From: an uncultured Candidatus Saccharibacteria bacterium
GTDB lineage: Bacteria; Patescibacteriota; Saccharimonadia; Saccharimonadales; JALRHH01
NCBI GenBank assembly: GCA_964474995.1
Contig: CAYYUY010000003.1
Span: 25,347-89,346 of the forward strand
Length of the DNA stretch: 64,000 nucleotides
Direction of reading: 5' to 3'
This document shows, in pieces, positions 1 through 8,047 of the stretch; the first letter of the stretch is position 1, and each line of letters opens with the position of its first letter. The notes beneath the pieces were generated by a model that saw only the letters and a program-made list of their open reading frames with translations, did not search any database and was not told the DNA's origin. The translations under genes and the position numbers were made by a program.

Positions 1-366
1 ACAGTACGTTTGTGCCTGCGTATAGATCTGCCCATTGACGGCTTCAGTTGCCTGTTTCTGAGCGGCAACCAAGCGTTCGTAACGATATTTCAGTTGGATT
101 GGCGGATATACATTACCTTGTCCACCCGCCAAGTTGGCATTCATGTGACTATAGGTAAACTCGCGTAGCTTCTTGAGGCTAGCCTCGATATCACCATTAT
201 TTTTGTCGACCGTCAGTACCTGGTCGCGAAGCTGTAGTGCTACGACATTATTATGCCGGTACGAAAACAGAAATACAGTTCCGGTAATAACCAGTGCGAT
301 TACCAAATAAACATAGTTGAACCGTTGGAGCCGCTTTAGAAGATGGTGAAGATACCGTTTGTTCAT
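1..366 (-). CDS. hypothetical membrane-anchored protein, truncated by the window edge
   Basis: My translation of the minus strand from the ATG at 366 (MNKRYLHHLLKRLQRFNYVYLVIALVITGTVFLFSY...) stays open to position 1. It has one N-terminal hydrophobic helix. Its ATG overlaps the TGA of the upstream MFS gene (ATGA). It is absent from the ORF track because it has no stop in the window. Confidence 0.45.
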   Translation of the reverse strand, partial: MNKRYLHHLLKRLQRFNYVYLVIALVITGTVFLFSYRHNNVVALQLRDQVLTVDKNNGDIEASLKKLREFTYSHMNANLAGGQGNVYPPIQLKYRYERLVAAQKQATEAVNGQIYTQAQTYC

Positions 367-1601
367 GCGTGTGCCTTGCTGCTTGCATTATAGACCTTTG
401 GTGAAAGTGCTTTAAATCGTTCGCGGGTGATACCCAGTGATGCAATCGCGGCAATGCCAAATCCAACAACAATCACGGTATACAAGCTCAAAACCGTTGC
501 AAGTAATGCCAATATGAACCACACGGTGCCCTTCATGACATTTGCTGTTGCCTCCATAGAAGAGATATAGACGATACGAAATCCTGGCAAATCATCGGCG
601 GCAGCGTACATGCCCTTGGTATATGGCAAGCGGTAGGCTGTTGTAACCGCCTCATTCGCAACGTTCGTTGCAAGTACACCAGCGATATTACCAACAAATG
701 GGCGAGTCACATATACAAGCGAATTAATAATGGCTCCGGTGCGAAGTATTCGGCGAGCGTTACCAAGATCAGTATGATGACCAATTATGTAGGCACTAAT
801 GATTGATATCATCACAGCAGCAGAACTAAGGAACCCGAGCTGAAAGTAGATATTACCAGTTAGCGCAAAGAGTGACACAAAAAGTGGCCACAAATTAATG
901 CAAAGCGTGTTTTCGATACCGAGTGCAGTATATGACAGCAAATCGTACTTGATACGACCAAGTGGCATATCACGGTAGCGAAGTTTTTGGTGTACTTTCA
1001 CTGGTTCGCTGGACCTAAATAGTGGCCATAGGCTTGCCATTAATATGATTGACGCAACCAAGAATATGTACCGACCCCCAAAGAAACTACCTGCCAGACC
1101 ACCTAAAATTGGTCCGATAATACCACCAACCTTGTCCATAATCTGCATAAATCCAAGCTCTTTGCCAGCGTGGGCCGTATGCTTCACTTTTGAAAACGCC
1201 ACATGATACGCAATAAAGAAGAAGCTGGCAGACGCACCCCAAACTGGCCCAATTTGCCACACTGCCCAATGGTGTGTTGGTACCGACAGCAAAAGCCCTG
1301 CAGTCGTGATCTGTAGAAAACAGCCGAGAATCATCGTGTGCTTTGGCCCGACGCGCGCCACCATATGTGCGGCTAGAAAATCACAAACGATACGACCGAG
1401 GAAGAAACAGCCAAATAATGAGAATATTTGCGGTGCACTGTACCCGTTTTGAAACATATAAAACGGCACGAAAACCATCAGTACACTGATGGCTAGTGTG
1501 TGTAGCATATTGCTAATATACAGCTCGCTGAGCTCAGTAAACCCAACCTCTCGCCAGAAGTGACGGTGTCGAAGGGCGCGATATACAACTTTTTTGAGCA
1601 T
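363..1601 (-). CDS. MFS-type transporter
   Basis: 412-aa ORF made almost entirely of hydrophobic helices, with MFS-like architecture. It has an ATG start, and the nested ORFs overlapping it are short. Confidence 0.65.
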   Translation of the reverse strand: MLKKVVYRALRHRHFWREVGFTELSELYISNMLHTLAISVLMVFVPFYMFQNGYSAPQIFSLFGCFFLGRIVCDFLAAHMVARVGPKHTMILGCFLQITTAGLLLSVPTHHWAVWQIGPVWGASASFFFIAYHVAFSKVKHTAHAGKELGFMQIMDKVGGIIGPILGGLAGSFFGGRYIFLVASIILMASLWPLFRSSEPVKVHQKLRYRDMPLGRIKYDLLSYTALGIENTLCINLWPLFVSLFALTGNIYFQLGFLSSAAVMISIISAYIIGHHTDLGNARRILRTGAIINSLVYVTRPFVGNIAGVLATNVANEAVTTAYRLPYTKGMYAAADDLPGFRIVYISSMEATANVMKGTVWFILALLATVLSLYTVIVVGFGIAAIASLGITRERFKALSPKVYNASSKAHA

Positions 1602-1730
1602 AACTTTTTATTTATTTTTAAACTGTCTTCCATATTCTATCACCCCTTATGCGTTCTTTGCAGCAAGATTGATGAATAACATAGTGCGAGTAGCTCGACA
1701 GCGAGCCTCGAGAGTGGCACACTTATAATT

Positions 1731-3026
1731 ATGCATATTTACTTCTCTGGAATTGGTGGCGCTGGTATAGGCCCATTAGCACTTGTAGCCAGGCAAGCTG
1801 GTTATGACGTTTCAGGCTCCGATAAACAAGACTCAAACTATATTAGCTATCTCAAAGCTCATGGCATTACCGACATTCACATCGGGCAACGCTACGAAGA
1901 CATTACTGCTGCACACGATACAAAACCAATTGATTGGTTTGTATATTCATCAGCCGTTGCAATCGAACAGCCCAATGCTCCCGAGCTGCAATTTTGCCGT
2001 GATCAAGCAATCAAAATGTCCAAGCGCGACGAGCTGCTCAATCAGATCTTGCAAGACAAACAGCTCAAACTCTTGGCTATTGCTGGCACCCACGGCAAAA
2101 CCACGACCACCGCTATGGCTGTCTGGCTCATGCAACAGCTGAACATACCTATCAGCTATTTATTGCCCGCCAAGACGAGCTTCGCTGACACTGGTGCATA
2201 CACACCTGGTTCTGAGTACTTCGTCTACGAAGCCGATGAGTTCGACCGAAACTTTTTGGCTTTTGAGCCGAACCTAAGTATTATCACTGGCGTCGACTGG
2301 GATCACCCCGACATTTATCCGACACGCGAAGATTACAACGCAGCTTTTCGTGAGTTCCTCGAACAGAGCCAGCAGATTGTCCTGTGGCAGGCAGATGCCG
2401 ATCGACTAAGCCTTGAGCCTGCCAATAATCAGCTCGTACTTGATGATGCTTCAGCGGACATTAGCGCACAGCTCACCCTACCTGGACTCGTAAACCGCCA
2501 GAATGCCTGGGAAGTAGCGCACAGCGTGCATCAGATGATTGGCAAGCCACTTGATGAGCTCATCAGCCACCTCAATGCCTTCCCGGGCGTCGCTCGTCGG
2601 TTTGAGCAACTTATACCAGGTCTCTATACAGATTATGCTCACACGCCACCAAAAGTCCGCGGTGCTCTGCAGCTTGGTCACGAAGTTGCCGGCGATAAAC
2701 TGGTCGTCGTTTACGAGGGCCTGCACAATACACGTCAGCACTTCATCAAAGACGAGCTGGTGCACCTATTTGACAGTGTTAAACAGCTCTACATTGTGCC
2801 AAGCTATTTAGCCCGCGAAGACACCTCACTTGACCTTTGGACACCAGAAGACCTCAAAAGTATCTTGAGTCCTGAGGCACAAACGGTAACGACACCCTCT
2901 GCGCTTGACCAGACATTGCATGCAGCGATTCAACGACACATTGATGATGGCGATACAGTGCTCTGCCTTACGGCTGGTGGTGGCAACAGCCTGGATGAAT
3001 GGCTGCGAACGGAGTTTGTAGTGTGA
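1731..3026 (+). CDS. Mur ligase family protein (MurC/Mpl-like)
   Basis: N-terminal Rossmann motif FSGIGGAGIGPLALVARQAGYDVSGSD and P-loop AGTHGKTTTTAM, as in UDP-N-acetylmuramate:L-alanine ligase and Mpl. Confidence 0.75.
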   Translation: MHIYFSGIGGAGIGPLALVARQAGYDVSGSDKQDSNYISYLKAHGITDIHIGQRYEDITAAHDTKPIDWFVYSSAVAIEQPNAPELQFCRDQAIKMSKRDELLNQILQDKQLKLLAIAGTHGKTTTTAMAVWLMQQLNIPISYLLPAKTSFADTGAYTPGSEYFVYEADEFDRNFLAFEPNLSIITGVDWDHPDIYPTREDYNAAFREFLEQSQQIVLWQADADRLSLEPANNQLVLDDASADISAQLTLPGLVNRQNAWEVAHSVHQMIGKPLDELISHLNAFPGVARRFEQLIPGLYTDYAHTPPKVRGALQLGHEVAGDKLVVVYEGLHNTRQHFIKDELVHLFDSVKQLYIVPSYLAREDTSLDLWTPEDLKSILSPEAQTVTTPSALDQTLHAAIQRHIDDGDTVLCLTAGGGNSLDEWLRTEFVV

Positions 3027-3754
3027 AGTTACTCCAGCTGAACATCTGGGGCGGACGGCTTGAAAAGCAAATTGTCGAGCTGATCAAACGACAAGATCCT
3101 GACTTTATTTGTCTGCAAGAAGCAATTAGCACACCTGGTGACGCTGCCCTTGCTGTGACCGTCGAACAAATTGCCGAAGAGGCAGGTTATGCGCATGTAT
3201 TTATGTCACCTGTTTTCTCATTTAATCTCATGAACAAGACAGCTCATTTCGGAAATGCCATCTTGTCAAAGCAACCATTCTCCGCGGAAGACACGATCTT
3301 CACCAATCTCACGCATAAACTTTCATTTGATTTTGATACTGACGACTACAACATCAGAAACTTACAGCACGTCAGTATCAATATTGATGACAAGCAATTA
3401 CACATTCTCAACCACCACGGTCACCATGTCAGGGAGCACAAAAATGGCAACGATGACACTATGCGCCAGATGAAACAAATCGCTGATTATGTTGATACTC
3501 TCAGTGGCCCAATCCTACTGACTGGTGATTTCAACCTCGCACCTGATAGTCAGTCGCTGAGCCTGATTAACAAACGATTGATCAACCTACCCGTAACATA
3601 TAACCTCAAGACAACACGCAATCAACTGACATCCAAACAAGAAGTTTGTGATTATATCTTCATGAATGAAGCGATTAGTATTACTGATTTCCGTGCACTT
3701 GATGATCTCGTCTCAGATCATCAAGCACTCGTGGTTGAGTTTAATCTCGCCTAG
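2999..3754 (+). CDS. endonuclease/exonuclease/phosphatase (EEP) family protein
   Basis: LLQLNIWGG...FICLQEA...GDFNL...SDHQALVVEF are the EEP-fold motifs. The more likely start is the GTG at 3023, which overlaps the upstream TGA (GTGA). Confidence 0.75.
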   Translation: MAANGVCSVKLLQLNIWGGRLEKQIVELIKRQDPDFICLQEAISTPGDAALAVTVEQIAEEAGYAHVFMSPVFSFNLMNKTAHFGNAILSKQPFSAEDTIFTNLTHKLSFDFDTDDYNIRNLQHVSINIDDKQLHILNHHGHHVREHKNGNDDTMRQMKQIADYVDTLSGPILLTGDFNLAPDSQSLSLINKRLINLPVTYNLKTTRNQLTSKQEVCDYIFMNEAISITDFRALDDLVSDHQALVVEFNLA

Positions 3755-4083
3755 CGGTTGTCGCCTACACCTTTGGTGACTCCGCGGGCTTTGCGGCTGG
3801 CGAGTTTTTCAAGATTCAGCGCTGCAACTTCTTCGAGCGTAAGCCCAAGACTGTCAGCGAAGAGTGCAATATACCAGAGGACATCACCAAGTTCTTTTTT
3901 GATCTCTTGGCGGTCTTCATCACTAATCTTTCCATCCTTATAGGCAATAATCTTCTTCCATTTCTCGACGACTTCACCTGCTTCACCCGCAATTCCGAGC
4001 ACAAAAATGGTTTTATCCATTTGTTCATCGGGATGCGTAATAGCGGTTGTTAATGCCTGAGTTTGGTAATCGTTGAAGTTCAT
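3751..4083 (-). CDS. MazG-like nucleotide pyrophosphohydrolase
   Basis: 110-aa all-helical protein with GIAGEAGEVVE...LGDVLWYIALFA, the MazG/NTP-PPase EExxE/D signature region. Confidence 0.75.
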   Translation of the reverse strand: MNFNDYQTQALTTAITHPDEQMDKTIFVLGIAGEAGEVVEKWKKIIAYKDGKISDEDRQEIKKELGDVLWYIALFADSLGLTLEEVAALNLEKLASRKARGVTKGVGDNR

Positions 4084-4673
4084 TCTTGTATTGCTCCATA
4101 TTCGTTAATTTTGACTGTACCTTCACGTAGAACTTCTACTGCGTCGTCGACGATTCGAATAACCGTTGAAGATTGGTGTCCTTCAAAGTTACCACCATCG
4201 ACATAAAAATCAACCTCATCACCGAAGTAATCTATTGACTCTTGTAGCGTTGTTGCCGGTGGCTCTCCGGGATGATTGGCGCTACTTGTTAGTAATGGCC
4301 CCGTGTGTTCAAGAAGCTGTAAAAGTTTGGCGTCATTTGGTACGCGGCATGCAAGCGAACCTTTACCGAGATGTAGCGCTGACAGTGTATCGCCAAGTGG
4401 GATAACCACACTAATCGGGTTTGGCCAGTACTGCATCACAGCCGTGAGATATCTTTTTGGTATACCAAGCGCTACGAGCTGCTCAATATTTGCCGCAATC
4501 ACCGTGCCAGGCTTGTCATGTCTATCTTTTAGGGCATAGAGCCGAGCCACCGCATCTGGCAGGGCGGCGCTACAAACAACACCATACACGGTGTCTGTCG
4601 GCAATACACCAACTGCACCACGAAGTAGTGATTCGATAACTTCTGGGCCATCTACTGTCATTTGTTTTACCAT
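4080..4673 (-). CDS. tsaC: L-threonylcarbamoyladenylate synthase (TsaC/YrdC/Sua5 domain)
   Basis: GAVGVLPTDTVYGVVCSA...LTSSANHPGEPP match the YrdC-domain motifs. It overlaps the downstream MazG-like gene by 4 nt. Confidence 0.8.
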   Translation of the reverse strand: MVKQMTVDGPEVIESLLRGAVGVLPTDTVYGVVCSAALPDAVARLYALKDRHDKPGTVIAANIEQLVALGIPKRYLTAVMQYWPNPISVVIPLGDTLSALHLGKGSLACRVPNDAKLLQLLEHTGPLLTSSANHPGEPPATTLQESIDYFGDEVDFYVDGGNFEGHQSSTVIRIVDDAVEVLREGTVKINEYGAIQE

Positions 4674-4714
4674 AAGCTTTGTCCGAACGTTTTATCCTTA
4701 TATACTGTAGCAAG

Positions 4715-5629
4715 ATGAGTACAACTCTTGCAGACAAAATTTCAAATGGCACGATTCACGCTGGCCATAGCCTTGGTGACTGGCTCAGCCTTCATGCCAT
4801 GAACATCATACTAATCCTGATTGCTGCCTGGCTACTCCACCGCTTCGGTGCAAATATTCTCAAACGAATTATCTCCCGCACCGTCCGACCTGATCTGTAC
4901 CCTACCAAAGTTGATCGTGAAAAGCGAGTCAAGACACTTGAAAGCCTGACCAGTGCTGTTGCGCGAGTTGGCGTATATGCGCTGGCTGGCAGCTTGATCG
5001 TTGGCGAAATTAACCCAAGCTATACTGCTGCGCTGTTCGCCAGCGCTGGACTGGTAACAGTGGCACTTGGTTTTGGAGCCAAAGACCTAATAAACGACTT
5101 TATGAGCGGTATTTTCATCATCACCGAGAACCAATACCGTGTTGGTGACTTTGTAGAAATCGCAGGTGTCAGTGGCACTGTTGAAGACGTGACAATTAGG
5201 ACCACTATTCTTCGCGACCTTGACGGCAACGTACACCATGTTCCCAACGGGGCAATCAGCGTAGCCACCAATAAAACGATGGGCTACAGCCGTTTGAACG
5301 AAGACATCACGCTTGCGCCTGGATCAGATATCGAACGAGCTGAGCATGTCATTAATCATGTCGGCGAGCAGCTAGCCGCAAAAGCCGACTTTGAACACAG
5401 CATCAAAGAAATGCCACAGTTTGGTGGCGTACTTGGGTACGGCCCAACCGGAATCATCATTAAGATCAACGCCAAGGTTAGTACAGGCGAAAAGATGGTC
5501 GTCAAGACAGAGCTTTATAAATTACTCAGCAAAGCATTTGCAGCAAATGATATTGAACTCGCTGGGCCATTACTCGTACCTCACCAAGCTACAAAACGTA
5601 CGCCAAATATCAAAAAAGTCCGCTCGTAA
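4715..5629 (+). CDS. small-conductance mechanosensitive channel (MscS family)
   Basis: GAKDLINDFMSGIFIITENQYRVGDFVEIAGVSGTVEDVTIRTTILRDLDGNVHHVPNG is the MscS pore and beta-domain signature. I use the ATG at 4715; the track start at 4679 is a TTG. Confidence 0.8.
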   Translation: MSTTLADKISNGTIHAGHSLGDWLSLHAMNIILILIAAWLLHRFGANILKRIISRTVRPDLYPTKVDREKRVKTLESLTSAVARVGVYALAGSLIVGEINPSYTAALFASAGLVTVALGFGAKDLINDFMSGIFIITENQYRVGDFVEIAGVSGTVEDVTIRTTILRDLDGNVHHVPNGAISVATNKTMGYSRLNEDITLAPGSDIERAEHVINHVGEQLAAKADFEHSIKEMPQFGGVLGYGPTGIIIKINAKVSTGEKMVVKTELYKLLSKAFAANDIELAGPLLVPHQATKRTPNIKKVRS

Positions 5630-5644
5630 TAGCGGACTTTTTTC
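5617..5644. terminator. bidirectional intrinsic terminator
   Basis: AGTCCGCT-cgtaat-AGCGGACT hairpin flanked by an A-run and a T-run, between convergent genes. Confidence 0.7.
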
Positions 5645-5658
5645 TGTAGCTAGTGGCG

Positions 5659-6249
5659 CTATAAACCAAGTGTTGTGTCGCTTAGATCAGTACTCGAGAA
5701 GTCTTTGTTATTATCAATTGATTTGATACTGTCATCAATGCCCTGACTCGTCTGTTCTATATCTGAGGCCTTCAGTTGCGGCTGGGTTGCAGTACTAGCT
5801 GCCGTGGTTGGAAACTTAGTACTCGTTGCAGTTGTGTCCTTGCTGGACCGTAGATAGGCAAAAATCGTGGCAGCTGCAAGTAACAGCGCGATGACTATCG
5901 CTGCAATAATTGCGCCGATAGGTGCCTTGTGTCGCAAAGGTGCCGAGCCAGCGTTATCGGGCGTTACTGCCATTGGATTGTTGGCAGGTGCTTCGGGTGC
6001 TGATTGTGTGTCAGTCGCTGTTACCTCAGTCGACGTTGCCTCTTCTTCAGCAGGAGCTTCGCTGACGGGGACATCAGTTTCCTCGACAGGAGCTGTTACG
6101 ACTTCTGGTGGTGTAGGTTCTGCTACGGGTGTGTCAGTCACAACATCAGATACCGGACGAACCGAGGGACTCTGACGAGGGGCTTGCACATCCATGACTG
6201 GCACAGAACGAGGCGGTAGTGGCGCAGTGGTTTGTGTTGTTGGCTCCAT
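5659..6249 (-). CDS. hypothetical Pro/Thr/Glu-rich membrane protein
   Basis: 196-aa ORF with a low-complexity N-terminal half and one TM helix (IGAIIAAIVIALLLAAATIFAYL). Its start overlaps the stop of the upstream gene (TAATG). Confidence 0.5.
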   Translation of the reverse strand: MEPTTQTTAPLPPRSVPVMDVQAPRQSPSVRPVSDVVTDTPVAEPTPPEVVTAPVEETDVPVSEAPAEEEATSTEVTATDTQSAPEAPANNPMAVTPDNAGSAPLRHKAPIGAIIAAIVIALLLAAATIFAYLRSSKDTTATSTKFPTTAASTATQPQLKASDIEQTSQGIDDSIKSIDNNKDFSSTDLSDTTLGL

Positions 6250-6923
6250 TATTTGCTATCCCCTCCTTGCTTCGCAGCGATTTGTGTTCGAATTGTCTGC
6301 AGTGTTGGTTTGATCGTGTCTTTGAGATACGCCTGAATAGCTGTTCCTTCTTGGCGTAACAGCCCCATCTGGTTGCGAGATGCTTCAAGAGAAGCCTTAA
6401 AACCAACTGGGTCGGCAGCACAATCCATAACCGCTAAGTCACTTACGTCGTCCTTGTAGGTCGCAAAGTCACTATTGAATTTGGCAATTTGGGCATTGAG
6501 ATTCGTGATCTCAGTTTGTAACTGTGTGTTATCAAGCCCCTGGGCGGGGAGCTTAGCAGATAGGTCAGTCAACTGTGAAACTACATGAGTATGTGCCTTG
6601 GTATGAGCGGTTTCGATACCGTTGATACGTGCCTGCAGTGAGCTAACAACGCCCTGTGAGCTTTTGCATCGAGTTTTGAGTCGCTGTTGCTCGAGAGCAG
6701 AGAGTCTTACCTGAAGCTTGTCTTTTCGGGCTTGGATACGGGCTTGAAGCGCTTGCTTGAGCTGTGCGGTATCAGCCTTTATCGCATCTGTTGCCTGTGT
6801 TATGAGTGGCTTTGTGGTTGAACTGGTAGTAGTTTCGGCGTGGGCGACTGCGGCAGCAGGAATAACACCAATAAGTGGCAATGTCAGTAAAACACTGACG
6901 AGTAATTTAATACGATCTTTCAT
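6249..6923 (-). CDS. hypothetical secreted coiled-coil protein
   Basis: Signal-peptide-like N-terminus (MKDRIKLLVSVLLTLPLIGVIPAAAVAHA) followed by Q/A/L-rich heptad-like sequence. Confidence 0.55.
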   Translation of the reverse strand: MKDRIKLLVSVLLTLPLIGVIPAAAVAHAETTTSSTTKPLITQATDAIKADTAQLKQALQARIQARKDKLQVRLSALEQQRLKTRCKSSQGVVSSLQARINGIETAHTKAHTHVVSQLTDLSAKLPAQGLDNTQLQTEITNLNAQIAKFNSDFATYKDDVSDLAVMDCAADPVGFKASLEASRNQMGLLRQEGTAIQAYLKDTIKPTLQTIRTQIAAKQGGDSK

Positions 6924-6975
6924 AATATTTTTAACGTCTCCTGGTTATGCTTATTCTACCACAAGCGTAATGACG

Positions 6976-7785
6976 CTAGAGAGAATAATTATTAGTATGT
7001 TTTTGTATAAGCTGTTCGGCAACAAGCATCTCAAGTACATGCTGTAGCCGATCATCAGGTATCATCCGCTGTAGTTCATCAAAGCTAAGTGGACCAGCGG
7101 CGAGAAAACGAATAACTGCGCCCCGCACCTGGCGCTGTGAGCCCGCAAATGTTGACTGCTTTACGAAGTGTTTACTGGAGCGCGAGATATTACCGACAGC
7201 CTTTTTGAGGTAGCTTCCATAGTCCATTAGTGCCCAATACCACTCACGGGAGTGCTCATGATCTACCGCTTTAGCGATCAGTGGCAACAACTCTTTGTCA
7301 TCAACTGCATCAGTATCCTGGAAGAAGTGATGGATGAACACCGTACGGATATTGGTCTCTACGAATACAACTGGTTGATTGTATGCGTAGGCTGTAATCG
7401 CAGCTGCTGTGTTGTGGCCGATACCCGGAAGCGTGACCAACCCATCAATCGTTTGTGGCACTATACCGCCATGTACGGTGTGTACCTGTCCGGCTGCTTG
7501 CCACAGAAACTTGGCGCGACGATTGTAGCCAAGACCATTCCATAACTGCAATACCTGGCTGAGTGGTGCAGTAGCAAGCGCTTCTACATCTGGAAAGGCA
7601 GTCAGAAACTCGTGATACTTTGGGATCACACGGGGCACCTGAGTTTGCTGGAGCATGATCTCACTGACCCAGATTTTGTAGGCATCAAATGTACCATCAG
7701 CTTCAGGGCGTCGCCAAGGTAACTCTCTGCCGTGTTCGTGGTAATAGTCCCAGACCGTTTCCTGGAACGTTTGCATATTACTCAT
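6976..7785 (-). CDS. MutY-like HhH-GPD adenine DNA glycosylase without an Fe-S cluster loop
   Basis: SEIMLQQTQV, LWNGLGYNRRA and LPGIGHNTAAAI match MutY/Nth motifs. The protein contains no cysteine at all. I use the ATG at 7785 (MSNMQTF...). Confidence 0.7.
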   Translation of the reverse strand: MSNMQTFQETVWDYYHEHGRELPWRRPEADGTFDAYKIWVSEIMLQQTQVPRVIPKYHEFLTAFPDVEALATAPLSQVLQLWNGLGYNRRAKFLWQAAGQVHTVHGGIVPQTIDGLVTLPGIGHNTAAAITAYAYNQPVVFVETNIRTVFIHHFFQDTDAVDDKELLPLIAKAVDHEHSREWYWALMDYGSYLKKAVGNISRSSKHFVKQSTFAGSQRQVRGAVIRFLAAGPLSFDELQRMIPDDRLQHVLEMLVAEQLIQKHTNNYSL

Positions 7786-7807
7786 TGAAGCTATTGTAGC
7801 TGATGGC

Positions 7808-8035
7808 TTAGGACTTGGTAGACGCAATCCACTGCATCACAACTGCTGCCGCAATCCAGTTTGGGAGTACGATGAAGAAACCATTCCAGAAACTGTAGTT
7901 TGCGTGCATCACGTAGGTTAGTACGCCGAAGATATATGCCGTGTATGGGATATACGTTAGCCAGCCAGCTGCGCTGCTTGGCAAGTAGCTGCCACGAACT
8001 TTAGTGAACCATTTACCTGCTTTTTTCTTGGCCAT
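7808..8035 (-). CDS. small membrane protein
   Basis: About 75 aa with two hydrophobic helices. It has an ATG start one codon inside the track start and is tightly packed between neighbouring genes. Confidence 0.45.
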   Translation of the reverse strand: MAKKKAGKWFTKVRGSYLPSSAAGWLTYIPYTAYIFGVLTYVMHANYSFWNGFFIVLPNWIAAAVVMQWIASTKS

Positions 8036-8047
8036 CACATTCTCCTT

